Assembly (NCBI GenBank): GCA_036172245.1 | Contig: JAYWIR010000074.1 | Location: forward strand, 186,001 to 250,000 | Direction: 5' to 3' | Source: Raillietiella orientalis | Lineage: Eukaryota | DNA: 64,000 bases | Shown: one piece after another, positions 1 through 10,441 of the stretch | Layout of the letters: each line of letters opens with the position of its first letter | How positions within the stretch are numbered: position 1 is the first letter of the stretch | The notes under the pieces: model-generated | What the model was told of the DNA's origin: nothing | Databases searched by the model: none | What the model saw: the letters and a program-made list of their open reading frames with translations, nothing else | Program-made: the position numbers and the translations under genes

Positions 1-415
1 CCTCGCCGGGATGTTTCAGAGGAATGGTAATGTTCCCTGTTACAATCCCATGGTGAGGACGACCATCGCCCTCTTCATCACCGCCATACTTGTGCGGTGG
101 TGGAAAATGAGGAAAGCCAGAAGAGCCGCACCACCGATGGAGATCCTACAAGGGCTCCTGAAGAGAGAAATCGAGATTAGAAACTGTGGGAAAATCCAAG
201 CCTGGACGTACCGATTCATCCTGAAGAGGATAAAAGACGACGCCCGGGACCAAACAGCAGGAAACCCACCATGGGTGCAGAACTTGTGAGAACCCAAGGA
301 CTTCGTAGTGGTAAAAAAAGTGCTAATGGTATGGATGAGATTGTAGTGTGAATGTTTTTATAGATAAATTTCAGAAAAATAAATTTACCCCACCCCTCGT
401 GGGACTCGGGGAAAA
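1..415 (+). mobile_element. 3' fragment of lineage C LINE (end of ORF2, 3'UTR, AATAAA-hairpin terminus)
   Basis: Closely similar to 38985-39401; ORF 11-289 matches the C-terminus of lineage C ORF2; ends AATAAATTTACCCCACCCCTCGTGGGACTCGGGGAAAA. Confidence 0.9.
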
Positions 416-1639
416 CTGCCGAGTCGGCGATGGGGCGACTGCATGCAGCGTGCTTTTGCTCGTCGCGACGCTGCTTTTTACGGCTTTCGTAGCCTTTGCA
501 GTGGAGCCTGCGCTACAGTGGGGCTGTCCGGAACTCGGAAGGGACAACGGAAAGGGGCAAGAAGTCTTCGCACTGTTGCGATCTTCCTGTTTTCCTACCT
601 TTCTCTCCAGGGTGTTACGGAGATTTCCTGGTTCCTGGCTCGGAGAGGTGCCTGCGAGTTTGGCAGAGAGGGAAGGCACTGCACGCGTCAAACGCTCGCA
701 CCCCTTTTTAATTTTCTTCCACGCCGTGACTTTCCCCTTTCGGGACGTTGCGGGCGGGGATGCTTTCCTTTCATCCACGGATCGCTCGTCGTTTTTTGCG
801 AGTTTTTGCGGACGACGTTTTTTATTTGCCGCTGCGGCTTTTCTTGCAGTGGTCTCTTGAACCCGACGAATTTCCGCTGCGGCTCTTTTTCTTGCAAGTC
901 CCGGGCACTTTTTGATTTCGTGCCCGGAATCTTTGCAATAGCGGCATCTTGGAGAGGGGCACTCTTTAATTCGCTGCCCCTCCTTGCCGCACTGCTCGCA
1001 CGCGCGAGTCTGGCCTATGAACCACAGGTGAACGACCGTGCCGTTCACCTGCAGCTTCTCAGGCACAACACGCCTGTTCGCGACGGTGATCCGTGCGGAG
1101 GCTTTTCCAATGTGGACATAGGGGAAATCCTTTAGAGGATTTGGCCTCCCCCACAGAGTGTGCACGGTGGCGAACTTCGCCTGCACACTTACGACATCGC
1201 GGTCGGAGATTTCAGGTTCGATGTCGCACAATTGAACGACAAAAGAGTCGTGCATCGCGGTAGGTAGGACTTCCTTGCCATTGATGGTTAACGGCGTACG
1301 GAGAAGGCGCTGCACAAGTGCTGCGTTCTTGCACCGAATCTTGGTATATTCCATCCTGCCAGCAGGCATTATGGCAAGAAGTTCCTTCTCGCGAACGCCT
1401 ATCCGTACGAGCTCATCATTGAGCTCACGACCTATTCTCCCGTTAAGTGGCACACTGACCTTATAACGGAGTGCAGGCATGTATGCTGATGACACATATG
1501 CCTGGAACTCCGCATCGCAGGGTCCTGGTCTTTTGGAGGTAACGGCGGCGTAACTCCTCACCGGGGGCGAGGAAACCATTACGGAGGATGCGGCCACTTC
1601 AAGTGCAGCTGAAGTGCATCCAGTGGCTTGCTCCTCCAC
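416..1639 (-). pseudogene. LINE ORF1 (nucleic-acid-binding protein with two zinc knuckles), truncated at SPTRQ
   Basis: ORF 371-1639 has CEQCGKEGQRIKEC and CRYCKDSGHEIKKC; the residues after SPTRQ are read from the antisense C terminus. Confidence 0.85.
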
Positions 1640-1778
1640 ACTATCCTGTGTACTGGCGATGTTGCACTATGCTACTTGTCAGATTGCACAGTTACACACA
1701 AGTGCGAGCAAAAACGCAGGCACAAAGTTGCCCGATCGTTGGCGCGGACAGACGCGGAAACACGTCTGCACTGTACGA
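416..1778 (-). mobile_element. 5' part of lineage A LINE (5'UTR + ORF1), cut by the C insertion
   Basis: Paralog of 39402-40762; GACGTGTTT motif at 1761-1766; joined to host APE sequence at ~1779. Confidence 0.9.
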
Positions 1779-2091
1779 GCGCAAGAGATCGAACGGATCT
1801 CCGGAGGGCGGCAATAGTACTGGTGTGGGAGAGCGAAAAGTTGCGCTGTCGCCTACCTGCTTCGGCCAGCCGTCGAGGCCGCGGCTCGGGGCGTGCAGTT
1901 CGACGATTACGGTCGTGTCGGCCAGCTGACTCTCAGGTGGTCCGACTCGATCGATCTGATCGTCAGGAACGTGTACGCACCGAGCGGCGCGGAGGATGTG
2001 GAAAGAGGTTTTTCTTGCTCCATCGCGACTGGCTGACCGAAGCAGGCGTGCGGAATGCTTATGTGGTTGCAGGCGATTTCAACGTTCGCCT
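1779..2091 (+). mobile_element. APE fragment of a lineage D host element (QEI...NVYAP...GDFN)
   Basis: Aligns with 45472-45801; resumes at 10426 after the B' insert. Confidence 0.85.
2076..2091 (+). repeat. 16-bp target-site duplication, left copy (ATTTCAACGTTCGCCT)
   Basis: Identical copy at 10426-10441. Confidence 0.9.
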
Positions 2092-2238
2092 TCATACGAG
2101 TCGGACGTGATTTCTTGTCGCTCCGTGGTTTCGCTGTTTGGTTGTGTTTGTGCATCCCACTGCACATCCCCAAGCAGTGAACAACGCAAAGTGTAAGACC
2201 TCGAGTCTGTAGTTCAGGAACTTTCTGCAGCTGGAGTG

Positions 2239-3430
2239 ATGGCGAGAACGTGTGCGAGCCGTGCGCCACCGACCAGGAGCATTGTGGACGTGGCTGCTTC
2301 TGCAGTCGTACAAGGATTCCTCTCCGACTAGGCGGACATGCAAGCCTATGCAGCCCAGGCCTACAAGCCTGCTGCCTGCTTTAACGTAAGTGTAGTAGGT
2401 AAGGCTGGGGAGGATTTCGAGGGTGAACTGTACCGTGTGGGAGTGCGAGAAGAGGACCTCATAGCACTGATGCCTGTTCCAGCATTGGGCTATGTGAAGG
2501 TTTGATACAAGCAGTCTGCACTTGTGCAGAAACTTCTCCGCACTCCTTTGTCCATCCGCGGAAATGAAGTTTTTCCTTCCGCGATGGACGAGTCTTTTGT
2601 CGTTGTTCCCTAGGACGTAGAGCCGGAGATCAACGACAAACAGTTGATGGACGCGTTGGCGAAATTCGCAACCGTTCATGCGGTGTGGAGGAAGGAGAGT
2701 TCCTACAGGAAATTCCCTTCCGCACACACAGGATTTGCTGCGGTTATGGTAACTGTTTCTAACTGCCGCACGCTGCCTACCACGCTACAGGTCATCGGCA
2801 CGGACGTTCACCCGTGGTTCGTTGGCAAAACTCGCGCGTGCGAGCAATCCGGCAAAGAAGGGCATCGGGGTAAAGAATGCCCTTCCCCGAAGTGCCGCTC
2901 CTGTAAGGAGTCCGGGCACGAAATTAGAAAGTGCCCGGACATAAACAAAACAAAGAAGGCTGCTAGAATCCGGGGTGCTAAAGAGTGCGCAGAGGAGAAA
3001 ACAGCATCCTCAAAAAAAAAAAAACTGGGAGGCTCGCGGAAGACCGAAGATAAAAACGGCCCGAGCGAGGTCTCAAAGTTGGCTCCCTTAGAATCAAAGC
3101 CCCAAAAAAGCAATCGCGCGGCAAGGAAGCCATTTAAAAAAGGGAGAGAAGGCTCTGCGCGTACCGTTACTGTCCCAGTAGCTGATCACGGAGACGCTAC
3201 TTGCGAAATGGGATCAGTAAAACCAGTCGCTCCGTGCGACAAGGCGAAAGAAGCACACGCGAAAGAAAATTGCGTGGTAACCGTCTCCTTGAGAGCTCTT
3301 TACATTTTGGAGGCTTCAGTCGGAAACCTCACGCAGGCGTCTGCAGGTCCGTCGAAAAAAGCCGACAAAAGCAGCGCTGATTTGCCTCAAAACACGCAGC
3401 AACCAGCTGCATGCTCCCCAAGAAGACAGA
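2239..3430 (+). pseudogene. B' ORF1, degraded and interrupted
   Basis: ORF 2644-3693 has KFATVHAVW and knuckle CRSCKESGHEIRKC; stops and frameshifts upstream; start approximate. Confidence 0.75.
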
Positions 3431-6400
3431 TTGCCCCAAGTCCCACAAGGGGTGGGGTAAATTTATTCTTCTATAAAAATACACTTCTTACATTCGCACT
3501 CTCATTCACTCAATGCAAACACTTTGCACTTGGGAGTCCTTGGGTTGCACTGGAGTTCTGCTTTTCAGGGAAGGAATCCAGTTGGATGGTCCCGGGCGTC
3601 GTCCTCGATCCACTTCAGCATGAATCGGTATGTCCAGCCTTGGATTTTCCCACAGTTTCTAATGCCGATTTCCCTCTTCAGGAGCCCTTGTAGGATCTCA
3701 GTCGGTGCTGCGGCTCTTCTAGCTTTCCTCATTATCCACCACCGCTCAAGTATGGCGGCGATGAAGAGGGCGATGGTCGTCCTTACCATGGGATTGTAAC
3801 AGACAACATTACCATCCCCATAGAGCATCCCGGCGAGGATCTCCATTACGGACCTGGTGATGAGTCCGATGATCCTTTTCAGGATCAGTCAGTCATGCAG
3901 CAATGTATGACACGTCAAGACGTGAATTCCCGTGTCGTTGTGTCCCCATGCCTTGCAGTCTCGATCATCCCGCCTTTTGGTATAGTATTGCATTCGCGAC
4001 CCACTCTGGATTCCTCCATGATAAAACATCAGGAGGTCACCCTGAGTCCTCGGCGGATGGTCATCCCTCCAGAGCATCGTGCCATTCGCTAGCAGGTTGA
4101 TCCGGTCACTACCGTAGCGATGAGCGGCTTCCTGGAGGGCACTGATGTCACGGTCTTCTTCCCGAATTAATCTTCGGAAATTTATTTCGAATACCCTCGA
4201 CCACGCGAAGTCGTTGCGGTTGAGCCACACGTCGAAAGTCATGTGGGTGAACCTTCCTAACATCATCTCTAGATACCCAAGTATACGAGCGTGATGTAGG
4301 TACCCTCCTCGCCTCCACTCCTAAATTCGTTGTAGGGTAACTCTGGACCGCTGGTGGAACCAGCTCCTCGTGTCAGGCGGGACGGGAAGCATCGAAGGGA
4401 TCACCAGGATGGACTCGACCTGCCAGAGTTCCCAACTTCTCGGCACGATCTTGATTTTGTGCTTTCGCACCAGGCGTTGCTTCCTCGTCCACGTTGGGTC
4501 GATATGTTTCCATTCGCATGCTCGGCCTAGCAGAGCAGTCATCAGGCCTTTCGAGTTCTTCAACAACAACGCGTATTCCCTGTGCGCCGCATAGGGCCAG
4601 TCATCCCAGTGGGTGGCAATGTCCAGGATGTGTCGCGTATCCATGATTTCTATGAAGTGTGCAAGCGACTTCATCCCGAAACCGCCTTCTTCCCAGGGAC
4701 GACAGAGGGGTTTTAGTCGAACTCTTGGGCCATAGTCGCCACAGAGTGTTTTTCTCTGCAGCTTGTCGAACTTCCTCGTGGTGTCCTTCTTCATCCTTTC
4801 GAAGGCCGCCCCGAAAAGCACTTTTGGAAGGAGTACTTTGTTCCATATGTTGGCCTTTCGCTTCATTCCAAGGTCCGTTCGGGTGTACTTAGCTGCTTCC
4901 TTGGCCCTTTTTCCTAGGATCTCGGACCACAATAGCTTCGACGCGGAGACGTCGCCAATGTAGACACTTAGGTACATGGCATTGTCCACAGTTCGCAATC
5001 CCTTTCTCCCTAGAGCGAAGAGATCGAGGATTTCAACGGGCAAGAGCTGGAATTTCTGGGCGTTGATCTTAAGACCGACGCCTTGATCCATCAGGTCTAC
5101 CACTTCCAGAAACGCTCGTTGATTTCTCTCTACCTTGAAAAAGAAGAATAGATCATCAGCGTATGTTAGATGGGTAAGACGCTGGCCATCGATTGTTATA
5201 CCTTGCAGTCGTCCGCTCTTCTCGATAAAGGACGGCAACGCCTTCATGTAGATAAGGAACAGCATCGGACTTTGCTAATCGCCCTGCCGGACTCCCTGTG
5301 CCATCCAGATTGCTGCCGTCTGCTTGCCGTTGATTTTGATTAGGCAGTACTGGTTCTGGGGTACCACCCTTACGAAATTGCTGAAGTGTTTTGGATGGCC
5401 TACCTTCTCCAGAATCTTCAGCAGCATCCCATGGTCGATGGAGTCGAAAGACTTTTCCATGTCAGCGAATACCAGCGCCAGGTTCTCGCCGACGTATCGG
5501 CTGAGTCCGACGGTGGCCTGGGCACACTTGACATTGCCCGACATGTGACGTCGAGGGACTGCACACGTTTGGACCGGAGAGATGAGCTTCGACATGACCC
5601 TGCCTATGCGGATGGACCAGATCTTCGCCAACCACTTGGCTCCGGAGTTCAGGATTGAGATTGGCCTTCATTGAGCGATCTGTGTTGGGTCGCCTCCTTT
5701 AGGCAACATTTCCATCATACTCTAGTAGGAGGAATTAGGTAGTCTTCCTTCTTCACGGATGCAGAGGGTCAACGGGTGGAGCAAGCGCAGGTAGGCATGC
5801 AGGTACCGCTTGTAGTGCGTGATAGGAACAGTGTCAGGGCCCGCCGCTACATCCTTGCGCAGTTGTCGAAAAGCAGTCTTCACCTTATCTTTGGAGAATT
5901 CCTCCTCCAGTTTGTTCCGCTGGAGGTCGTCCGTCTTTTTCTCGAGATAGCTCAGAAAGCCTTGTTGACTAGAGCGACAAAGATGTTGTCGCCTGAAGTG
6001 TTTGGTGTAATCCCTGTGAAAGGCATCCACGATATCTTCGGTCGACAGTCGCTATTGACCGTCATACTGAATGCAGAAGATATCCGTTGCCAGGTTTCTC
6101 TTCTTTCGCACGCCTACCTCCTCTTTTATGTTGTTTAAGACGTTCCGACTCTTGTACTGATCGAAGTCCTTTGAGAGTGAGCGATCTTGGATGTTCAGCT
6201 CCCGGTACGCCTCCTGCCTCAAGCGCCTATCCTCGAATTGCATATTTGCAAACAGGTGTATCCTGTGTTTTAAGCTGTGCCAGTCGGCAACTCTTCTGAT
6301 TTTTGTGGTCTTTAGAATCGTCTCCAGGACATCCTGATATCCAGGATGAGTCTCGAACCAGGCGGGCATGCTAATGAGCGCCGCCCTAGTGCCTTGCCTC

Positions 6401-6700
6401 CGCCGAGCATTCTCCGTTCTTAAGGAAAACCGTTCTAACGGGTGATCGGACAGAGTGATCACTGTGTCTCGAAAACCCTGAATGCGCCGCAACATCCTTG
6501 AGCAGTTTTGCAAAAGCAGTCTTCACCTCGTTTTCGGAGAATTCCTCCTCCAGTCTATTCCGCTGGAGGTCGTCGGTCCTCTTCTCGAGATAGCTCAGAA
6601 AGGTTTGTGGACTAGAGCGACAGAGATGTTGTCGCCTGAAGTGTTTCGTGTAATGCCTGTGAAAGGCATCCACGATATCTTTAACGACTGTCGCTCTTGA
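3431..6700 (-). mobile_element. Lineage C LINE, 5'-truncated (end of APE, RT, 3' end), with an internal duplication
   Basis: GVRQGD, YADD, DMEKSFD in ORFs 4321-5265 and 5275-5631; C-type terminus at 3431-3467; ~6487-6700 repeats ~5845-6060. Confidence 0.88.
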
Positions 6701-9700
6701 TCGCGCAGGAGGAAAGCTACTTTGGCGGTGTGGCGACGCGCGTACGTGCGGCGTCGCGTTACTCTTAAGAGGAAAAATTGCGGAAGCGGTGAGTAGTGTT
6801 CGCTCCGATGACGACGGAGGGGTAAGCCAGCTTGGTATCAAGTGGTCTGAGTCCATCGATGTCTTGGTGACGAACATCAGCTCGCATAGTGGCTCGCGCT
6901 ACCTCGAAGATAGAATTGCGCTATTCGAGGATGTGAAATGCCACTGGCTCAACAACTCCGGCTCCCAAGTAACGCACCTCGTCGCAGGCGACTTCAACGT
7001 CTACCTGCTATCCGACGAATGGAGCTGCCCGAGGTAGCGAACGTCGGCCATCGAGATGTGCGCGTCAGTACGCGCTATCAATTTGATGGTCCGCGTACCT
7101 GAGATGGATAGGTCACCGGATCACACCTTCCTCGATGACAACCTGCACGCTCGTGTGGAAAGAAGAGGAAGATTGTCGTCCGCACTTTGTGATCATAACA
7201 GGTTGAAGTTCGAGCTCCTTCCGCCAGGCAAGGGGCCTCCGCTGAAAAACTGGAGGATGTCGGCAAACTGGCTTAACCATCCGGAGGCGACGGATCATCT
7301 CCGTCAGTACCTCCGGACCTTCGTCATCCGCGAATTCGCGGACTGGGATCATTTGAAAAGATCAGACCGCAAGTTCTGCGAACCGTTTCTCTTGCACCGG
7401 CTCCCGCAAGGATTTTGAGAAGGGGTCGCCAACAGCAGTACTTTCCTGCAGGCGCGCACCTTTTCCAGAAGCGCTGAACTCAGCCAGCTAGCGGAATACA
7501 AGTCGAGAGCCGAGCGACAGATCTGGCAGTCTGGAACATCTTGCTTGCTCGGCGAAAAAGGCCTGGAGTGCTCGACACCAGCCGGTATTCGCCGCATCGT
7601 AAGGCGTCAATACTCCTCCCTATTCGTGGTAGCGCATACGGAAAATATTTTTTCGGAGATACTTATGTTCCAGGATGCTCTCGTTGTTAGGGAAGAGGAA
7701 CGCGCATGTCTCGACGAGTCCTACACAGCAGAGGAAATTTCCTCCGCTATTGCGGGACTCCAGAGACGAAAAGCACCAGGTGAGGACGGGCTACCCGCGG
7801 AGTTCTATCAGAGCTTCTCGACGGAACTCGTCCCTCCGGTGTTTAGTCTCTCCCGTTGATGAGGGTCTCGGGGGATGTCCCCAATTCCTTCCGCTCAGCG
7901 AGGGTGCGTCTCCTGCCGAAAGGTGGAGACGAACGCCATCTCAACAACTGGCGTCCGATCATCCGGGTGAACTCGGACGTCAAGTTGTTCTCCAAGATGT
8001 GAGTTGCGCACCTAGGGAGAATCGCGCAGTCCTTGGTAAGCCCAGAGGAGACTTACGCTGTTCCCGGGCGGTGCAAGGAAGCAAACCTCCTGTTTCCCGT
8101 ACCTGGATGCAGCTGCAGGAGCGCGTTGCGCAGCCACGCCGATACGTGTCCAAGGCCGCTGCAAAAGGCACACGGTATCGACAGAAGCGTAAGGAGGGTA
8201 CGCCTGGTGCCTTGACGGTCGCAGTCGACCTGCACAAGGCGCTCGATTGCGTGAACCAAAAGCTCTTATTAGAGCTCCTGGAACGCCTAGGTCTCCCGGC
8301 GTATCTCCTGAAGTACTTACGCGCTTGCTGCCGCCACGCGCTAACCTGCATTTCTTTTAGCGGCTGCCACGTGTACGGTATTGCTGTGCGTAGGGGCATC
8401 ACACAGGGTGACAGCTTAACCTCGTTGCTCTTCAGCATCTTCTCCGAGCTGGTGCTGAGGGCGTACAGGCTGTCGCTGGAGTACCTGCCAAGCTCCTGTT
8501 CGCGTACGCCTGCCGTGGCTGCCTATGCAGACGACCTACTTCTTCTGCACCCCATCTCCACACCGGCAGCCAGTGTCGAAGATTTATTCGAACTGATTCG
8601 TCGGGGAGCGGGCGTGAGTGGAAACCGGAAGAAGAGCGTCGTCGTACCTGTAGGAGCGTCGTGGGAGGGGCAGTCCAACTAAATCCGCCTGGGGATCCTA
8701 ACGGCAGGTTATTTCCAGTACCTTGTAGTTCCGCTGCGCAACCTGGGTTCTGCCGAGGCGTGGTGGGACTGCCTTCAAAGGGCAGAGTTGGCAGTCAGCC
8801 CGTTCCCTAACGGCAAGTTCACCTTGCCGGAACAGGCAGCTATTTGGAACACCTTCGTGGCTCTTCTCGTTCGACCCCTGTTTTTCTTCTTGGACCCCTC
8901 CCTACACGGCTAAAGAGCTGTCAAAACGCCTGCAAAGGAACGCACTCTGGGGTCCGGCGCGATCCAGGATCGTCCTGAAAGACCTCGCGGCTCCACGTCG
9001 GGATGCTGGGCTTGGCATCCTTACGATGGAGAGAATCGGACTGCAAGTGCAGTTCCGGATGCTCGCACTGTGTGCTCAGCTATGGACATTCCCCCTGTGT
9101 GCGCCTGCGCGCATACTCCTAAGAAGGTGTGCAGGCTGTGAAGGACTTCATTCCTTGGTGTCTGGCATGCGTTACAGGAAACAGGGATTTGGCTTTCCTC
9201 TGAGGCAAATCGCCTCCCTATTGGAAGCCAATGCGTGGATTTCCTGCTGCCCGATGAACTACAATGCTTGGCGGTATGAGTCCATTGATTGTTGGGCTGT
9301 ATCGTTAGGAATAAGCCGTGAAGATCTTTGCCCCCAACGTCGATTTCAGCCTCAATCCCTTGCTGGACGAGGTGAAGTTTTCCTCCCTGGCCTCCACGCC
9401 GCTCGCCGAAGCACTGTCTGCACTCAAGGATCGAGATGAGAGTAGCCAGCCGGCGAAGTGGGTGTTCTCTCGCACCATTGCAGGTAGAACAAAACCAGTT
9501 GGCAAATAAGCCAAGAGCGAGCTTGCAGTTGCCGCCACTCCTCGTGCAGCACCAAAGGTATTACTTCGGTGAGAAGAAGAACTAGGTGTAGCTTTCGAGG
9601 AAATTACAATACCTATTTGGTGTTTGGACGGTTCGGTGTTTTTCTTTGCATGAAAGCAATACGTTTTGCTCTTCTTGCACTGAGGCTTGCGCTACAACGA

Positions 9701-10112
9701 GCGGTGCCACCGAGTTTACGGTGGTGTGGCTTCTTACTACTGTGCCCGGTGCGGGGCGACGGAGTCGTTCCCGCACCTTGTTATGCATTGCAGTGCCCTC
9801 CAGCAACTCTGGCGGTGGCAAGCAGCATCTTTTCGGCTTCCGGGGGACATTGATCGAGAAGTGCTACGACGCTTCTTCCAGCCACAAGGACTTTCAATGG
9901 CTGCGACGATTTCCACTGTTGGGTTCATCCGCGCCATCGTCACGGTCCGAGACGTGCTGGAGAACACTGGACAGCAATGTTGTGTCACCAGGAAGGCAGC
10001 TGACTTCATCAGTTCGGCAGCTTAGTGGCGAAACTTATATGAAGACACAACGGAGGAGCTAACCTTTATCCATCGCCGGATCACCAACGGCTTCGAACGA
10101 CGAAATCTGTGA
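6700..10112 (+). pseudogene. B' ORF2 (APE-RT-zinc finger), many lesions, N-terminus missing
   Basis: AGDFN, PGEDGLPAEFY, DLHKALD, GITQGD, AYADD, CARC...PHLVMHC; closely parallels B1 ORF2. Confidence 0.88.
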
Positions 10113-10425
10113 TCCGCCCTCATTTTATTTTTGATTGTTTTTTTTGTTCTGGCGTCCTTTTTCCCATACGCTCCGCAGTTCTTTTGGAGCTAGAACTTTT
10201 GATTTTACCGTTGACTGCGGAGCAATCTCAAAGTTCCCTAGCCGACTCCTCCCATTTACAATTTTTTTTTTTTTTTGGACTCCCTTCAGTCGTCCATGTT
10301 CTTCCGTTTTCCTGGCCTGCATGACAGGGGTGAATCTCCGCTGCATGTTTTCCAAATGCATTGCTGGGAACAATTGTTTAAGGCACGTTTATGTCAATAA
10401 ACGTATCGACGTGACCGGGTGAAAA

Positions 10426-10441
10426 ATTTCAACGTTCGCCT
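10426..10441 (+). repeat. 16-bp target-site duplication, right copy
   Basis: Identical to 2076-2091; the host APE frame (FNVRLKPD) continues after it. Confidence 0.9.

Larger units (their letters stand above)
2092..10425 (+). mobile_element. Lineage B LINE (B'), both ends present, decayed, with a nested C element
   Basis: 5' GACGTG at 2104-2109, ORF1, APE/RT/zinc-finger remnants, AATAAA-hairpin-A end at 10396-10425, flanked by a perfect 16-bp TSD. Confidence 0.9.

Noticed and set aside
371..415. Shared C-terminus 'SPTRGGVNLFF' as a conserved ORF1 motif
   Set aside because: It is the antisense reading of the C element's 3' terminus, not host protein.
371..1639. Zinc knuckles as LTR/retroviral gag
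   Set aside because: No LTRs, protease, RNase H or integrase seen; each ORF1 precedes an APE.
1..1790. Segmental duplication with 38985-40775 as the explanation for repeated junctions
   Set aside because: Similarity stops at the A 5' end, where the hosts differ (D vs E). It cannot explain the other sites, though copying of an A::C composite is not excluded.
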